A stretch of 64,000 nt of DNA from an uncultured Alphaproteobacteria bacterium. GTDB taxonomy: Bacteria; Pseudomonadota; Alphaproteobacteria; Rhizobiales; Rhizobiaceae. The notes under the pieces are model-generated. The model made no database searches and was not told the origin of the DNA. It saw nothing but the letters and a program-made list of their open reading frames with translations. Of this stretch, positions 44,592-54,839 are shown one piece after another. The first letter of the stretch is position 1. Every line of letters begins with the position of its first letter. Made by a program: the position numbers and the translations under genes. The stretch lies in assembly GCA_963838565.1 (NCBI GenBank), contig CAWIRO010000006.1, positions 6,595-70,594 on the forward strand. Reading direction: 5' to 3'.

Positions 44592-45515
44592 ATGAAAAGA
44601 AAACTTCCTCCGATGAAGGCTTTGATTGCTTTCGAGAGTGTTGTTCGTCATGGAAGTGTCACAAAAGCTGCGGAAGAACTATTCGTTACGCACGGCGCGA
44701 TAAGCAAACAGCTTGCAACGCTGGAAGAATGGCTCGGCCGTCCGCTCTTCGAGAAAAACCGCAAATATATGCAGCCGAAGCAGGAGGCGATGGTGCTGGC
44801 CTCTGCGGCGGATCAGGCCTGGGAACTGATAGCGGATGCGGTGGACGGCCTGCGCGTCAAAGAGGACGCGACAGTGCTGAAGGTTCTCGCGCCTTCGACT
44901 TTCGCCATGCGCTGGCTCATTCCACGGGTTTGGAGCTTTTCCGAGGAGCACAAGAGGATCGAACTGCAACTGCGCCAGACCGACAGCCTCGAGACATGGC
45001 TCGATATTCCCTTCGATGTCGCGATCCGTTCCAATCCGCATGCGCCCGGCCATCTCACGACAACGCCGTTTTTGCGGGACCAATTGATCCTGGCGATTTC
45101 TCCGAGATGCCCGATGCTGCAGCGACTCCGAACGCCCGCCGATCTGCTCTCATGCCATGTCTTGCGAGCAACGACCCGCTCGGGAGAACTGGAGGCATGG
45201 CTGGAAGCTGCCGGGCTCGGCGCAACACCGCTGAAAGCAACGTCATATCCGCATTTCTATCTGGCGCTTGAGGCCGCGCTGGCGGGAGGAGGACCGCTCG
45301 TGTGCCCTCGTGAAACTCTCGGCGATCTTTTGGCAAAACGTGAGCTTATCGAACCTTGGCCGGATATTCGGGTTGCAGGACCCACCTATACCGCAATCTA
45401 CGACGCCGGTTCGCCGCAGGCGAAATCCGCCGAAATTTTCGTAGGCTGGATCTCCGGGTGCCGTCGGTCGGAACGAAAGGCTGCGACGGACGATACCAGG
45501 TTGTTTGCGGGGTGA
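44592..45515 (+). CDS. LysR regulator (GcvA/TrpI-like), divergent from phnA
   Basis: LPPMKALIAFESVVRHGSVTKAAEELFVTHGAISKQ, TFAMRWLIPR, DVAIR. Confidence 0.9.
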   Translation: MKRKLPPMKALIAFESVVRHGSVTKAAEELFVTHGAISKQLATLEEWLGRPLFEKNRKYMQPKQEAMVLASAADQAWELIADAVDGLRVKEDATVLKVLAPSTFAMRWLIPRVWSFSEEHKRIELQLRQTDSLETWLDIPFDVAIRSNPHAPGHLTTTPFLRDQLILAISPRCPMLQRLRTPADLLSCHVLRATTRSGELEAWLEAAGLGATPLKATSYPHFYLALEAALAGGGPLVCPRETLGDLLAKRELIEPWPDIRVAGPTYTAIYDAGSPQAKSAEIFVGWISGCRRSERKAATDDTRLFAG

Positions 45516-45614
45516 GGTTAACTGCAGGTCAGGATTGAGCTGATATTCGCAGGCCGTGAGTGAACTGTCCGTCAGCTGCAAGCGTCAAGATCGACGCGCC
45601 AGCCGTCCACGCGG

Positions 45615-46180
45615 TCAAATCATCAGCCGCGCAGCCCGCCCCTGCTTGCGCTCGGCATCATTGTAGTAGCTTGCCGCCTGGGCGACGGATTTGTGCAGCG
45701 ACTGTTGCATCGCCGCCGGCAGCGGAATGCCGCGATTGGCGGCCTCGGTCAGATAGCCGGAGCGCAGGCCATGGGCGGAAAACAGCGCCGGATCGAGGCC
45801 GGCCTGGGTGCAGCGCTTCTTCAGCATCAGGTTGACCGATTGCGGCGTCAGCGCCCGGCGGTCGACATTGCCCCATTGATCGATGCGCCGGAACACCGGC
45901 CCGGCATCGATCTTCGCCTCGGCCAGCCAGTGTTTGAGGGCGGGGACCGGCCGGCCGATCAGCACGACCTGGGCGCCGTCATCGCCGCTGGTGGTCTTGG
46001 TGCGGCCGAGACGAATGGTCAGGCAGGGCAGGAGAGGGGAGTTCTTGTCCAAGGGATCGGCGCGCACCGGTTCCTCCTCGACCAGATCCTCGATGCGCAG
46101 CCCGCCAGCTCCGACCGGCGGCGGCCGCCGGAGGCAAACGCCGTCAGCAGCAACGCCCGATCGCGAAGACCAGGCTTCAT
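45615..46180 (-). pseudogene. C-terminal (catalytic) remnant of a tyrosine recombinase
   Basis: LRDRALLLTAFASGGRRRSE, RTKT, AHGLRSGY, HKS..YY; the N-terminal half is missing and the 5' break abuts the GntR promoter. Confidence 0.82.
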
Positions 46181-46210
46181 AGGATAAGTAAACATAAAAA
46201 GATAACTGAA

Positions 46211-46224
46211 AATTGTTGACAATT
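46211..46224. promoter_or_regulatory. GntR/FadR operator 1
   Basis: AATTGT-TG-ACAATT palindrome upstream of gntR-mmgE-tct. Confidence 0.75.
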
Positions 46225-46265
46225 AACATTCTGCATACTACACATCGGTAAAGGGAGCGCTGACA

Positions 46266-46938
46266 ATGACGTTGAATGCAATCGACATTCTTCGATCGAG
46301 CTCTCTGCCGATGTTGCTCGAGCAGGAAATCGAGCGTGTCATTCTCGGTGGCGGATTTGCGCCGGGAGATCACGTCAACGAGAAGGACCTGGCGCTGCGC
46401 TTCGGCATCAGCCGCGGTCCGGTGCGCGAGGCGTTGCGCTCGCTGGATTCGTCCGGCCTTGTCGAGCAGGTGCCAAATCGCGGCTTCTTCGTTCGCCGGC
46501 TGACTGCGGCTCAGGCCTGCGATGTCTACGATGTCCGTGCCGTGCTTTTCGGCCTTGCCGGAAAGCTGCTGGCCGAGCGTATCACCGATGAGGGAATCGC
46601 GCAGCTCAGGACCTTCGTCGCCGACATGGATGCGGCCGTCGCCGCCGACGATTTCGAAGCCTACGTCAAAATCAACTTTGCCTTTCACGAATTCATCGTC
46701 GTCAGCGCCGGCAATCCGACGCTGGCCCAGCAATATCTGACGTTGGTCAAGCAGCTCCGGCTCTACCGCGCCCGCAGCCTGATGCTCGGCGATTCGATGC
46801 ATGCGTCCCATCAGCGAGCATCACGCCATGGTCGATGCCGTCGCGGCGCGCGATCCGGCGAGGGCGCTTCTCGCCCATGCGCGGCATGTCGAGGCGGCCA
46901 AAGAGCGGCTGATGGCAACGGCCCCGAACCTCAAATAG
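46266..46938 (+). CDS. GntR/FCD regulator; frameshift near 46812
   Basis: NEKDLALRFGISRGPVREAL..PNRGFFV, NFAFH, AGN; corrected end EHHAMVDAV..*. Confidence 0.88.
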
Positions 46939-46959
46939 AAAACCAGGAGACTTGATCGC

Positions 46960-48404
46960 GTGAATACCATATCCGACATCACGGCCCAGGCCATACGTTT
47001 CATCGAGCGCACGACCTATGCTGATTTGCCGGATGAAGCCCTCGTCATCGGCCGCCGCTGCATGGTCGATACGGTCGGGCTCTATCTCGCCGGCAGCCAG
47101 GAGGCGTCGGTGCGGATCCTGATCGAAGATGCGCTTGCTCAAGGCGGACGCGGCGATGCGCCGCTGCCGGGTGCCGGCGCCAAGAAGGTGCCGGCGGCGC
47201 TTGCCGGCCGCGTCTGGGGCACCGCAGGACACGCCCATGACTGGGACGACACCCAGGTTTCCCACGATCCGGACCATGTCTACGGGCTGCTGACGCATCC
47301 CTCCGTTCCGCCGCTGACGGCAGCGCTGATCGTTGCCAGCGAGCTCGGCAATGTCGACGGCCGCGACGTCATGCTCGCCTTCCAGGTCGGGCTTCGAGGT
47401 CGAGTGCAAGATTTCCGAATGGATGACGCCGCGCCACTATCGCCGCGGCCATCATACCAGCGGCACGGTCGGCACCTTCGGCGCCGCCGCCGCCGCCGCC
47501 AAGCTGCTCGGCCTGAAGGGCGACAAGCTCGCTCATGCGCTCGGATTGGCCGCGAGCTTCGCCGCCGGCATCCGCGTCAATTTCGGCACGATGACGAAGC
47601 CGCTGCATGTCGGCCGCGCCTGCGAAAACGGCATCACCGCCGCCTTGCTGGCCTGCGCGCGGTTTCGAGGCCGATCCGGCAGCGCTCGACGGAACCTGGG
47701 GCTTCTTCTCCGTGATGGGCGAAGGTTTCGATGCCGACAAGGCAAAGGCAGGCTTCGGTGCGCCGCTGACGATCGTCACGCCCGGCGTCAGCGTCAAGCC
47801 TTATCCGTCCGGCATTCTCACGCATCAATCGATGGATGCGATGCTGAAGCTGGTGCTCGACCACGATCTCAAGGCCGAAGAGGTCGAGCGTATCCGTTTC
47901 TTCGCCGGCAAGAACATCATCGAGCCGATCCGCTATCCGATTGCGCGCAACCATCTGCAGGCGAAGTTCTCGATGCCGGCGCTGCTCGCGATGATCGTGC
48001 TGTGCCGCCGCGCCAGCCATCACGAATTCGAGGACGCCTTCGTCGCCGGAGAGGCGATGCAGGATCTGCAGGCGCGCACCGACGTCATCAACGATCTCGA
48101 GATCGATGCTCTCGGCTACGACAAGATCCGCTCGCGCATCGAGGTCCTCACCAAGGACGGCCGGACGCTGGTGCAATGGGCGGACGAGCGTTATCGCGGC
48201 GGACCGTCCAATCCGATCAGCGACGACGAGCTCGACGGCAAGTTCCGCATGTGCGCCGAAGGCGTCATCGATGCCGGCGCCCAGGACGAGTTGCTGGCGC
48301 TGGTGCGCGGCATCGACACCGGCGCCGATATCGGCCGCCTCGTATCACTGATCAGCGGCGAAGACGCGGCGGGCCATGCGGCGAAGGAGTCTGCCGCGGA
48401 ATAA
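46960..48404 (+). CDS. MmgE/PrpD-family protein 1; frameshifts near 47390 and 47655
   Basis: GHAHDWDDT, THPS, RHY..GHHTS, NFGTMTKPLH, KPYPSG, QAKFSM. Confidence 0.87.
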
Positions 48405-48461
48405 TCAAGACTAGAGGGAACGCCGTTCCGGGAGAAACGGCATTGAAACGGGAGAGAGAGC

Positions 48462-49435
48462 ATGACATTGATGAAATTGATCGGCAAGGCGGCATTCGGA
48501 ATTGCCGCGATCGGCCTTCTGTGCCGGCTAGCATCCGCTCAGGCGGACCCGCTGCCTTACCCGGCTAAGGTTGTGACCCTGGTCACGCATTCGAGCCCGG
48601 GCGGCGGCAGCGACGTGTTCCTGCGCGAGATGACGAAATATCTCGGCAAATACATCGACGCCACCTTCGTCGTCGAGAATGTCCAGGGCGGCAGCGGCGC
48701 CAAGGCGATGGCCCGCGTCGCCTCGGCCGACGCCGACGGCAGCGTCTTCTACGCGACGACGCCGACCTACATCTACACGTCGCTGATGAGCAAGCCGCAG
48801 AACACCTACAAGGACATGGAGCCGCTGGTGAACATCTTCGTCGACAGCGAGGTGATCTACACGCGCACGGACGGGCCGTTCAAGACCCTGCAGGACGTCA
48901 TCGATCATGCCAAGAAGGAGCGTGGCCGCTGGGGCGCCGCCAATCCGGCCTCGCTGGAGCGTCAGGCCGCAGAACAGCTGAAGGCGCGCCGCTGGCGTGA
49001 CGCCGGCCATCGTCACCCATGAGGGCGGCGGCGACATGATGCTGAACGTGCTCAACGGCACGCTCGATATCGGCATCGGCGAAATCCAGGAGGTGCGCTC
49101 GCAGCTCGATGCCGGCAAGATCACCCTGCTTGCCACCTTCAATCCGGAGCGTATCGCCGACAAAGCCGGATGTCCCGACGGTCAAGGAACTGGGCTTCGA
49201 CGTCACGCTCGTGAAGTTCCGCGGCCTTGCCGGCCCGAAGGGCATTCCGGACGAGACGGCCGCGATCTGGGACGAGGCTGTGAAGAACCTCCTCGCCGAT
49301 CCCGACTACAAGAAGGCCTACACCGCCGAGGTGCTGGTGCCGCAGTTCATCGGGCACAAGGACTATCCTGCCTTCGTCAACAATTTCGCGACCACGACGG
49401 AAGAGTTCCTGAAGTCGACCGGCGCCATCAAGTAA
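48462..49435 (+). CDS. tctC: Tripartite tricarboxylate transporter substrate-binding protein; frameshifts near 48985 and 49165
   Basis: YPAKVVTLV..SPGGGSD, VENVQGGSG, GGG, PDVPTVKELG, FRGLAGPKG. Confidence 0.85.
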
Positions 49436-49443
49436 CAGGCATC

Positions 49444-49463
49444 CGGGCCGGTTCGCCGGCCCG
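49444..49463 (+). terminator. Hairpin after tctC
   Basis: CGGGCCGG-TTCG-CCGGCCCG. Confidence 0.55.
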
Positions 49464-49490
49464 AACGCTTTCTTACCTGAGGGCTATCTC

Positions 49491-49970
49491 ATGAACAAAG
49501 ATCTTCTTAGCGGCGTAGCGCTGCTTGCGATCGCCGGCACTTACTACACCTGGTCCACACAGATCGCCGACAGCACCTTGTCGGACGAGGTTGGTGCCGG
49601 CGGTCTGCCGCAGGTCCTGTCCGTCATCCTCGCGATTCTGGCCGTCGTCCTCATCGCCCGAGCGCTGCTGGTTGCCCGGTTGCGGACCGCGGCAGCGGCG
49701 GGCTCCGACGACGAAGACGACAACGCCCGTCTGCCGCGCGCCGTCGGCTTCCTGCTGTTCGGCGCGGCCTATGTCTTCCTGCTGCCCTTCGTCGGCTACA
49801 TCATCGCCACCGCGCTGATGATCGGGGCGATCGCTCTCTACGAAGGCGCGCCGCGAACCTGGGTGGTCGCCGCAGCGGCGATCGGCGGCGGCGTCTTCTA
49901 TTGGGCGGTGTTCGTCAAATTGCTCGGTGTCCACCAGCCGATGGGCTCGATTTTTCAAGGATTGTTCTGA
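49491..49970 (+). CDS. tctB: TTT small membrane subunit
   Basis: 4-TM protein with VGAGGLP and LPFVGYIIAT, between tctC and tctA. Confidence 0.85.
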   Translation: MNKDLLSGVALLAIAGTYYTWSTQIADSTLSDEVGAGGLPQVLSVILAILAVVLIARALLVARLRTAAAAGSDDEDDNARLPRAVGFLLFGAAYVFLLPFVGYIIATALMIGAIALYEGAPRTWVVAAAAIGGGVFYWAVFVKLLGVHQPMGSIFQGLF

Positions 49971-51469
49971 TGACCACGCTCTGGGACATCATCCATCTTC
50001 TGACGGAAACGCCGCTGGTTTTCGTCGCCATCGCCGGCCTCACCTGGGGCATTCTCGGCGGCGCGCTGCCGGGCATCTCGGCCTCGATCACCATGGCGCT
50101 CGTGCTGCCGTTCACCTATACGATGGACCCGGCGCAGGCGATCGCGCTGCTGGCCTGCGTCTATATCGGCGCCGAATATGGCGGCTCGATCCCGGCGATC
50201 CTGATCCGGACGCCCGGCACCAATTCGTCCGCCGCCACCGTCATCGACGGCTATGAGCTGAACCGGCAGGGCCGCGCCGGCGAGGCGCTCGGCATCTCGC
50301 TGATGTCCGGCGTCGTCGGCAGCCTGTTCGGCCTCGCCATGCTCATCCTGCTGACCGAGCCGCTGTCCTGGCTGGCGCTCGCCTTCACGCCGGCCTCCTA
50401 TTTCGGTCTCGGCATTCTCGGCCTCAGCGTCATCGCCTCGATGAGCGGCGGATCGCTGATCAAGGGGCTCTCGGCCGCGGCGATCGTCGGCCTGATGATT
50501 TCGACCGTCGGCACGGACCCGATCTCCGGCGTCACGCGCTTCACCTTCGATATTCCCGATTTGCTCGGCGGCATCGAGCCGGTCCTCGTCATGGTCGGCC
50601 TGTTCGCGCTGACCGAACTGATGAGCCAGTCGGGCTCGACCACCGTGACGAAGCTGAACGCCAGCATCAAGATCAGGCTGCCGAGCCTGTCGCTGATGAA
50701 CAAGCTCAAGCGCTCGCAGTTCATCGGCTGCCTGCTCGGCCTGTTCGAGGGGCTGACGCCGGGCGGCGGCGGCTCGATCGCCGCCTTCATGTCCTATAAC
50801 GAGGCGAAGCGCTGGTCGAAGACGCCGGAGAACTTCGGCAAGGGCTCGGAAGAGGGCGTCGCCGCGCCGGAGGCCGCCAACAACACCGTGGCGAGCACCG
50901 CGCTCATTCCGCTGCTGAGCTTCGGCATTCCGAGCTCGAATTCCACGGCCGTGCTGCTCGGCGGGCTGCTGATGCACGGCCTGCTGCCCGGCCCGCGTCT
51001 GTTCGAACAGAGCGCCCAGGTGATCGACAGCATCTATGTCGGCTCCTTCATCGCCATCATCGCCCAGATCGGCATCGGCATCATCATCCTGCCGGCCTGC
51101 ATCTGGCTGGTGAACCGACCGCGGCACTATCGCTCCGGCTTCATCTTCGCGCTGATCCTGTCGGGCATCTATACGCTCAACAACAGCCTGTTCGACCTCG
51201 GCCTTGCGCTGGCGCTCGGCCTGGTCGGCTATCTGATGCGGCTGACGCGCTTCCCGGTTCTGCCGATGATCCTCGGCGTCGTCCTCGGCCACATGGTCGA
51301 ATCGAGCTATCGGCGTTCGCTGGTGCTGTCGGGCGGCGATCACATGATCTTCCTGCAGGATCCGATCGCCGTCTGCCTGTTGTCCCTCGCCCTTATCTTC
51401 GTCGTCTTCTCGCTCGGCCGCGAACTTCGCGATGCCCGCAAGAGCAAATTAGAGGAAGCCCATTCATGA
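49970..51469 (+). CDS. tctA: TTT large membrane subunit
   Basis: GALPGISA, EYGGSIPAILIRTPGT, APEAANN, GIP, PGP. Confidence 0.92.
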   Translation: MTTLWDIIHLLTETPLVFVAIAGLTWGILGGALPGISASITMALVLPFTYTMDPAQAIALLACVYIGAEYGGSIPAILIRTPGTNSSAATVIDGYELNRQGRAGEALGISLMSGVVGSLFGLAMLILLTEPLSWLALAFTPASYFGLGILGLSVIASMSGGSLIKGLSAAAIVGLMISTVGTDPISGVTRFTFDIPDLLGGIEPVLVMVGLFALTELMSQSGSTTVTKLNASIKIRLPSLSLMNKLKRSQFIGCLLGLFEGLTPGGGGSIAAFMSYNEAKRWSKTPENFGKGSEEGVAAPEAANNTVASTALIPLLSFGIPSSNSTAVLLGGLLMHGLLPGPRLFEQSAQVIDSIYVGSFIAIIAQIGIGIIILPACIWLVNRPRHYRSGFIFALILSGIYTLNNSLFDLGLALALGLVGYLMRLTRFPVLPMILGVVLGHMVESSYRRSLVLSGGDHMIFLQDPIAVCLLSLALIFVVFSLGRELRDARKSKLEEAHS

Positions 51470-52840
51470 ATGTAGCCGTTCCGACATCGACGCCCGTGGC
51501 CGCCAGGCTCGCGGCCTTTGCCGCCGAGGCATCGCCCTTCGGCTGCGGCAGCTGCGGTCTGCCGCCGCCTCGTTTTCGACGTCATCGCACTTGCGATCGC
51601 CGCACGCGACACGGACTATGTCCGCGCCGCTCTTCGCAGCGCCGTCGACGAAGGCTCCTGCACGGCCTTCGGTCACAGCACGGGCCTCGGCCTCTACGAC
51701 GCCGCGCTCGTCAACGGAACCGCCGCGCATGGCGAGGACTACGACGATACGTTCGAGGGCGGACCGATCCATGCCGGCGCAGTCATCGTCTCGGCGGTGC
51801 TTGCGATCGCCGAAAAGCGCGGTCTCGACGGCCGCGCCGTCATGCGCGGCATCGCCGTCGGCACGGAGCTGATGTGCCGCATGAGCCTGGTCGCGCCGCA
51901 GGCGACCCACAAGGCAAGCTTTCACCCGACCGCCATCTTCGGCGCGCCGGCTGCGGCTGCCGCCGTCGGCGCGGCACTCGGCCTCGACGCCGCAACGATC
52001 GCACGGGCGCTCGGCATTTCCGGAAGCCTTGCCTCCGGCATCATCGAATATCTGGCCGATGGCAGCTCGACAAAGCGTCTGCACGCCGGCGCCGCGGCGC
52101 AGGCCGGATTGCGCGCGGCGCTGCTGGCCGAAGGCGGCTTCACCGGTCCGCTGACGGTATTCGACGGCGTCAACGGCATGTACAAGGCCTTCGCGCCTTC
52201 GAAGGTCCCGGATTTCAGCCGGTTGCTCGACGGTCTTGGCGAGGACTGGATTCTCGAGACCCTCGCCTTCAAGCCCTATGCCTGCGGGACGATGACGCAG
52301 CCGTTCATCGATTGCGCCAAGAAGCTGGCGGCGATCAGGCGTCAAGGCGGAGGACATCGTCTCGATCACCTGCAATGTGGGCGAGGGCACCGTCCACCGG
52401 CTATGGGAGCCGCTTGCTGAAAAACATCGGCCGCCGAACGGCTATGCCGGCAAAGTTCTCGACGCCCTTCTGCATGGCGGTCGGCTTCATCGACGGAGAA
52501 GCGGGCCTCGGCCAGTTCACCGACGAGCGCGTCGATGGATCCTGCGGTCAGGGCGCTGGCGGCAAAGGTCTCCTATGAGATCGATCCGAACGATCCCTAT
52601 CCGCGCAATTTCACCGGCCACCTCAAGGCGGTTTTGAAAGACGGGTCGGTGCGCGAATTCCATCAGCCTCATATGCGCGGCGGCGCCCAGGAGCCGCTGC
52701 CCGATGCCGAACTGCTCGCGAAGTTCGAGGCCAATCTGCGCTTCGGCGGGTTTTCGGCGAGTGCGATCGAGGCTCTGCGTAAGGCGCTCGACCGGATCGC
52801 CGATGGCGGTCGTGTCGATCTCTCGGCGGCAAGAGCGTGA
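51466..52840 (+). CDS. MmgE/PrpD-family protein 2, frameshifted
   Basis: AHGEDYDDT..IHAG, FHPT, EYLADGSSTKRLHAG, KPYACGT, AKFSTP. Confidence 0.85.
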
Positions 52841-52852
52841 GCGGCGCGATGC

Positions 52853-53614
52853 ATGGAAAATCATGAACTGAAAGGCCGCGTGGCCCTGGTCACCGGCGCC
52901 TCGCGCAATATCGGCCGGGCCATTGCGCTGTCGCTCGCGGAAGCGGGCTGCCGCAATCGCCATCATCGCCCGGTCGGATCGGGCGGCGGCGCGAGGCGGT
53001 GGCGCGCGAAGTGGAGGCGAAAGGCAGCCCGGCGACCGTGCTGCTCGGCGACGTGTCGCAGGAGGAGGATGCCGCGCGGCTGGTCAGCCAGACGGTCGAG
53101 GCATTCGGTGGCCTCGATATTCTCGTCAACAATGCCGCCATCCGCCGCGAGACACCGGTCGAGGCGCTTTCCTTTGCCGACTGGCGCGAGGTGATGGGCG
53201 TCACCCTTGACGGTGCGTTCCTCATGAGCCGTGCGGCCATCCCGCATCTGCTGACAAGCGAGCCAGGGGACGATCGTCAATATCGGCGGCCTCACCGCCT
53301 ACACGGGCGCACTGCATCGCGCCCATGTCATCGCGGCAAAGGCCGGGCTCGACGGGCTGACCAAGGCGCTGGCCCATGAGCTCAGCCCGCGCGGCGTGAC
53401 CGTCAACCTCGTCTCCCCGGGGATGATCGACACCAACCGCCAGCATACGCCGACAGGCGCCGAACCGACCCACCACCAGACGACGCGCACGCTGGTCGGG
53501 CGTCGCGGCACGCCGGAGGAGGTGGCCGCGGCCGTCCGCTATCTCGCCAGCGCCAATGCCCGCTTCACGACCGGACAGACCCTGCATGTCAACGGCGGGG
53601 CATTCCTGCCTTGA
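52853..53614 (+). CDS. Short-chain dehydrogenase/reductase, frameshifted
   Basis: TGASRNIG, VNNAA, H-x-x-x-A-K region in place of YxxxK (HVIAAK), VSPG, VNGG. Confidence 0.82.
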
Positions 53615-53723
53615 CGACCCAAGGGAGACTCGGTCAGAAGGCGGCTCATGGCGGCCGCCCGGCCGTTCTCCGAAACGATGAACGCGTCCTGCGTCCAGAT
53701 TCCTTAGCGACGGACATTGCCCG

Positions 53724-54284
53724 ATGTCTCTTTCCGAACCTTCCCTCTCGCCTCCGCAGCCAAGCCTTCCCGCTCTGTTTCTCCTTTGCTTCAAGATTGG
53801 CGTTCTGAGTTTCGGCGGCGGCCTTTCGGGATGGATCTATCAGGCATTCGTGCTGCACAAACAGTGGATCGACGAGGAGGATTTCTCGAGCAGCCTGGCG
53901 ATTTCGCAGATGCTGCCCGGAGCCAATGTCGTCAATCTGGTGATCTGCATCGGCGAGCAATTGCGCGGACCGTCGGGCGCGGCCGTCTGTGTCGCTGGTT
54001 TTCTCGTCGGTCCGTTTTTCGCGGTCATCGGGCTTTACCAACTGTTCGATTTGTTTGCCGGCTTTGCACTGCTGCCCGTCATTTCCGATGGCGTGGCCTT
54101 TGCGGCGATCGGCCTGCTGCTCCTGATGTGCGTTCATGGCGTTCGGCGCGCCATGCGGTTTCCGCCGTCGGTGGTCATCATTGCCGTGACCGCCCTTTTG
54201 GTCGGCGTGCTGCAATGGCCGCTGATACCGGTGGCGCTTGCCATCGCACCGATCAGCGTCGCCATGGCCTGGCGGAGAAGCTGA
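53724..54284 (+). CDS. Short-chain CHR (chromate/oxyanion) transporter subunit 1
   Basis: IGVLSFGGG, WIDEEDF, SQMLPG. Confidence 0.85.
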   Translation: MSLSEPSLSPPQPSLPALFLLCFKIGVLSFGGGLSGWIYQAFVLHKQWIDEEDFSSSLAISQMLPGANVVNLVICIGEQLRGPSGAAVCVAGFLVGPFFAVIGLYQLFDLFAGFALLPVISDGVAFAAIGLLLLMCVHGVRRAMRFPPSVVIIAVTALLVGVLQWPLIPVALAIAPISVAMAWRRS

Positions 54285-54285
54285 C

Positions 54286-54839
54286 ATGCGCGACGATCTG
54301 CTCATCGGCCTGGCTCTGGTTTTCATCCCGTTTTCACTGACCTCGATCGGCGGCGGCGGCGCCATCATCGCCGGCATCCAGAACGAGACGGTCAATGTGC
54401 ACGCCTGGATCAGCGCATCCGATTTCATCCATCTCTTCGCGGTTTCACGGGCGGCCCCCGGGCCGGGGATGATGCTGGCAACGGTCATCGGCTGGAAGGT
54501 CGCGGGCTGGCTCGGAGCGCTGGTGGCATCGCTTGGCGCTTTTCCTGCCGTCGTCGCTGCTTTGCTACACGGTGTTCCGCTTGACGAACACGCATCGGCA
54601 GAAGAAGTGGCATCGCGCCATGCGCGAGGGATTGGCGCCCGTCGGCGTCGGCCTGATCATTGCCGGCGTGATCTCGCTGTTCCGCGTGGCCGATGGTGGC
54701 GTGCTCGCGCGTGGTGATCGCCTGCCTTACCGGCGCGATCCTCTACTGGATCCCGAAGTTCCCGGTATTGATCGTGCTGATCCTCGGCGGCCTGGGTGCC
54801 GCCGCAGCATCGGCCTCGCCCAATCTCCTGGGCTTTTAG
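54286..54839 (+). CDS. Short-chain CHR transporter subunit 2, frameshifted
   Basis: SIGGG, AAPGP, GWKVAG, FLPSS, GLAPV. Confidence 0.82.

Noticed and set aside
47480-47500. (GCC)n run
   Set aside because: Encodes the ordinary poly-Ala helix of MmgE proteins; not a contingency repeat.
53724-54839. Chromate-resistance determinant
   Set aside because: No chrB/C/F regulator or accessory genes; catabolic context. Resistance cannot be inferred from family alone.
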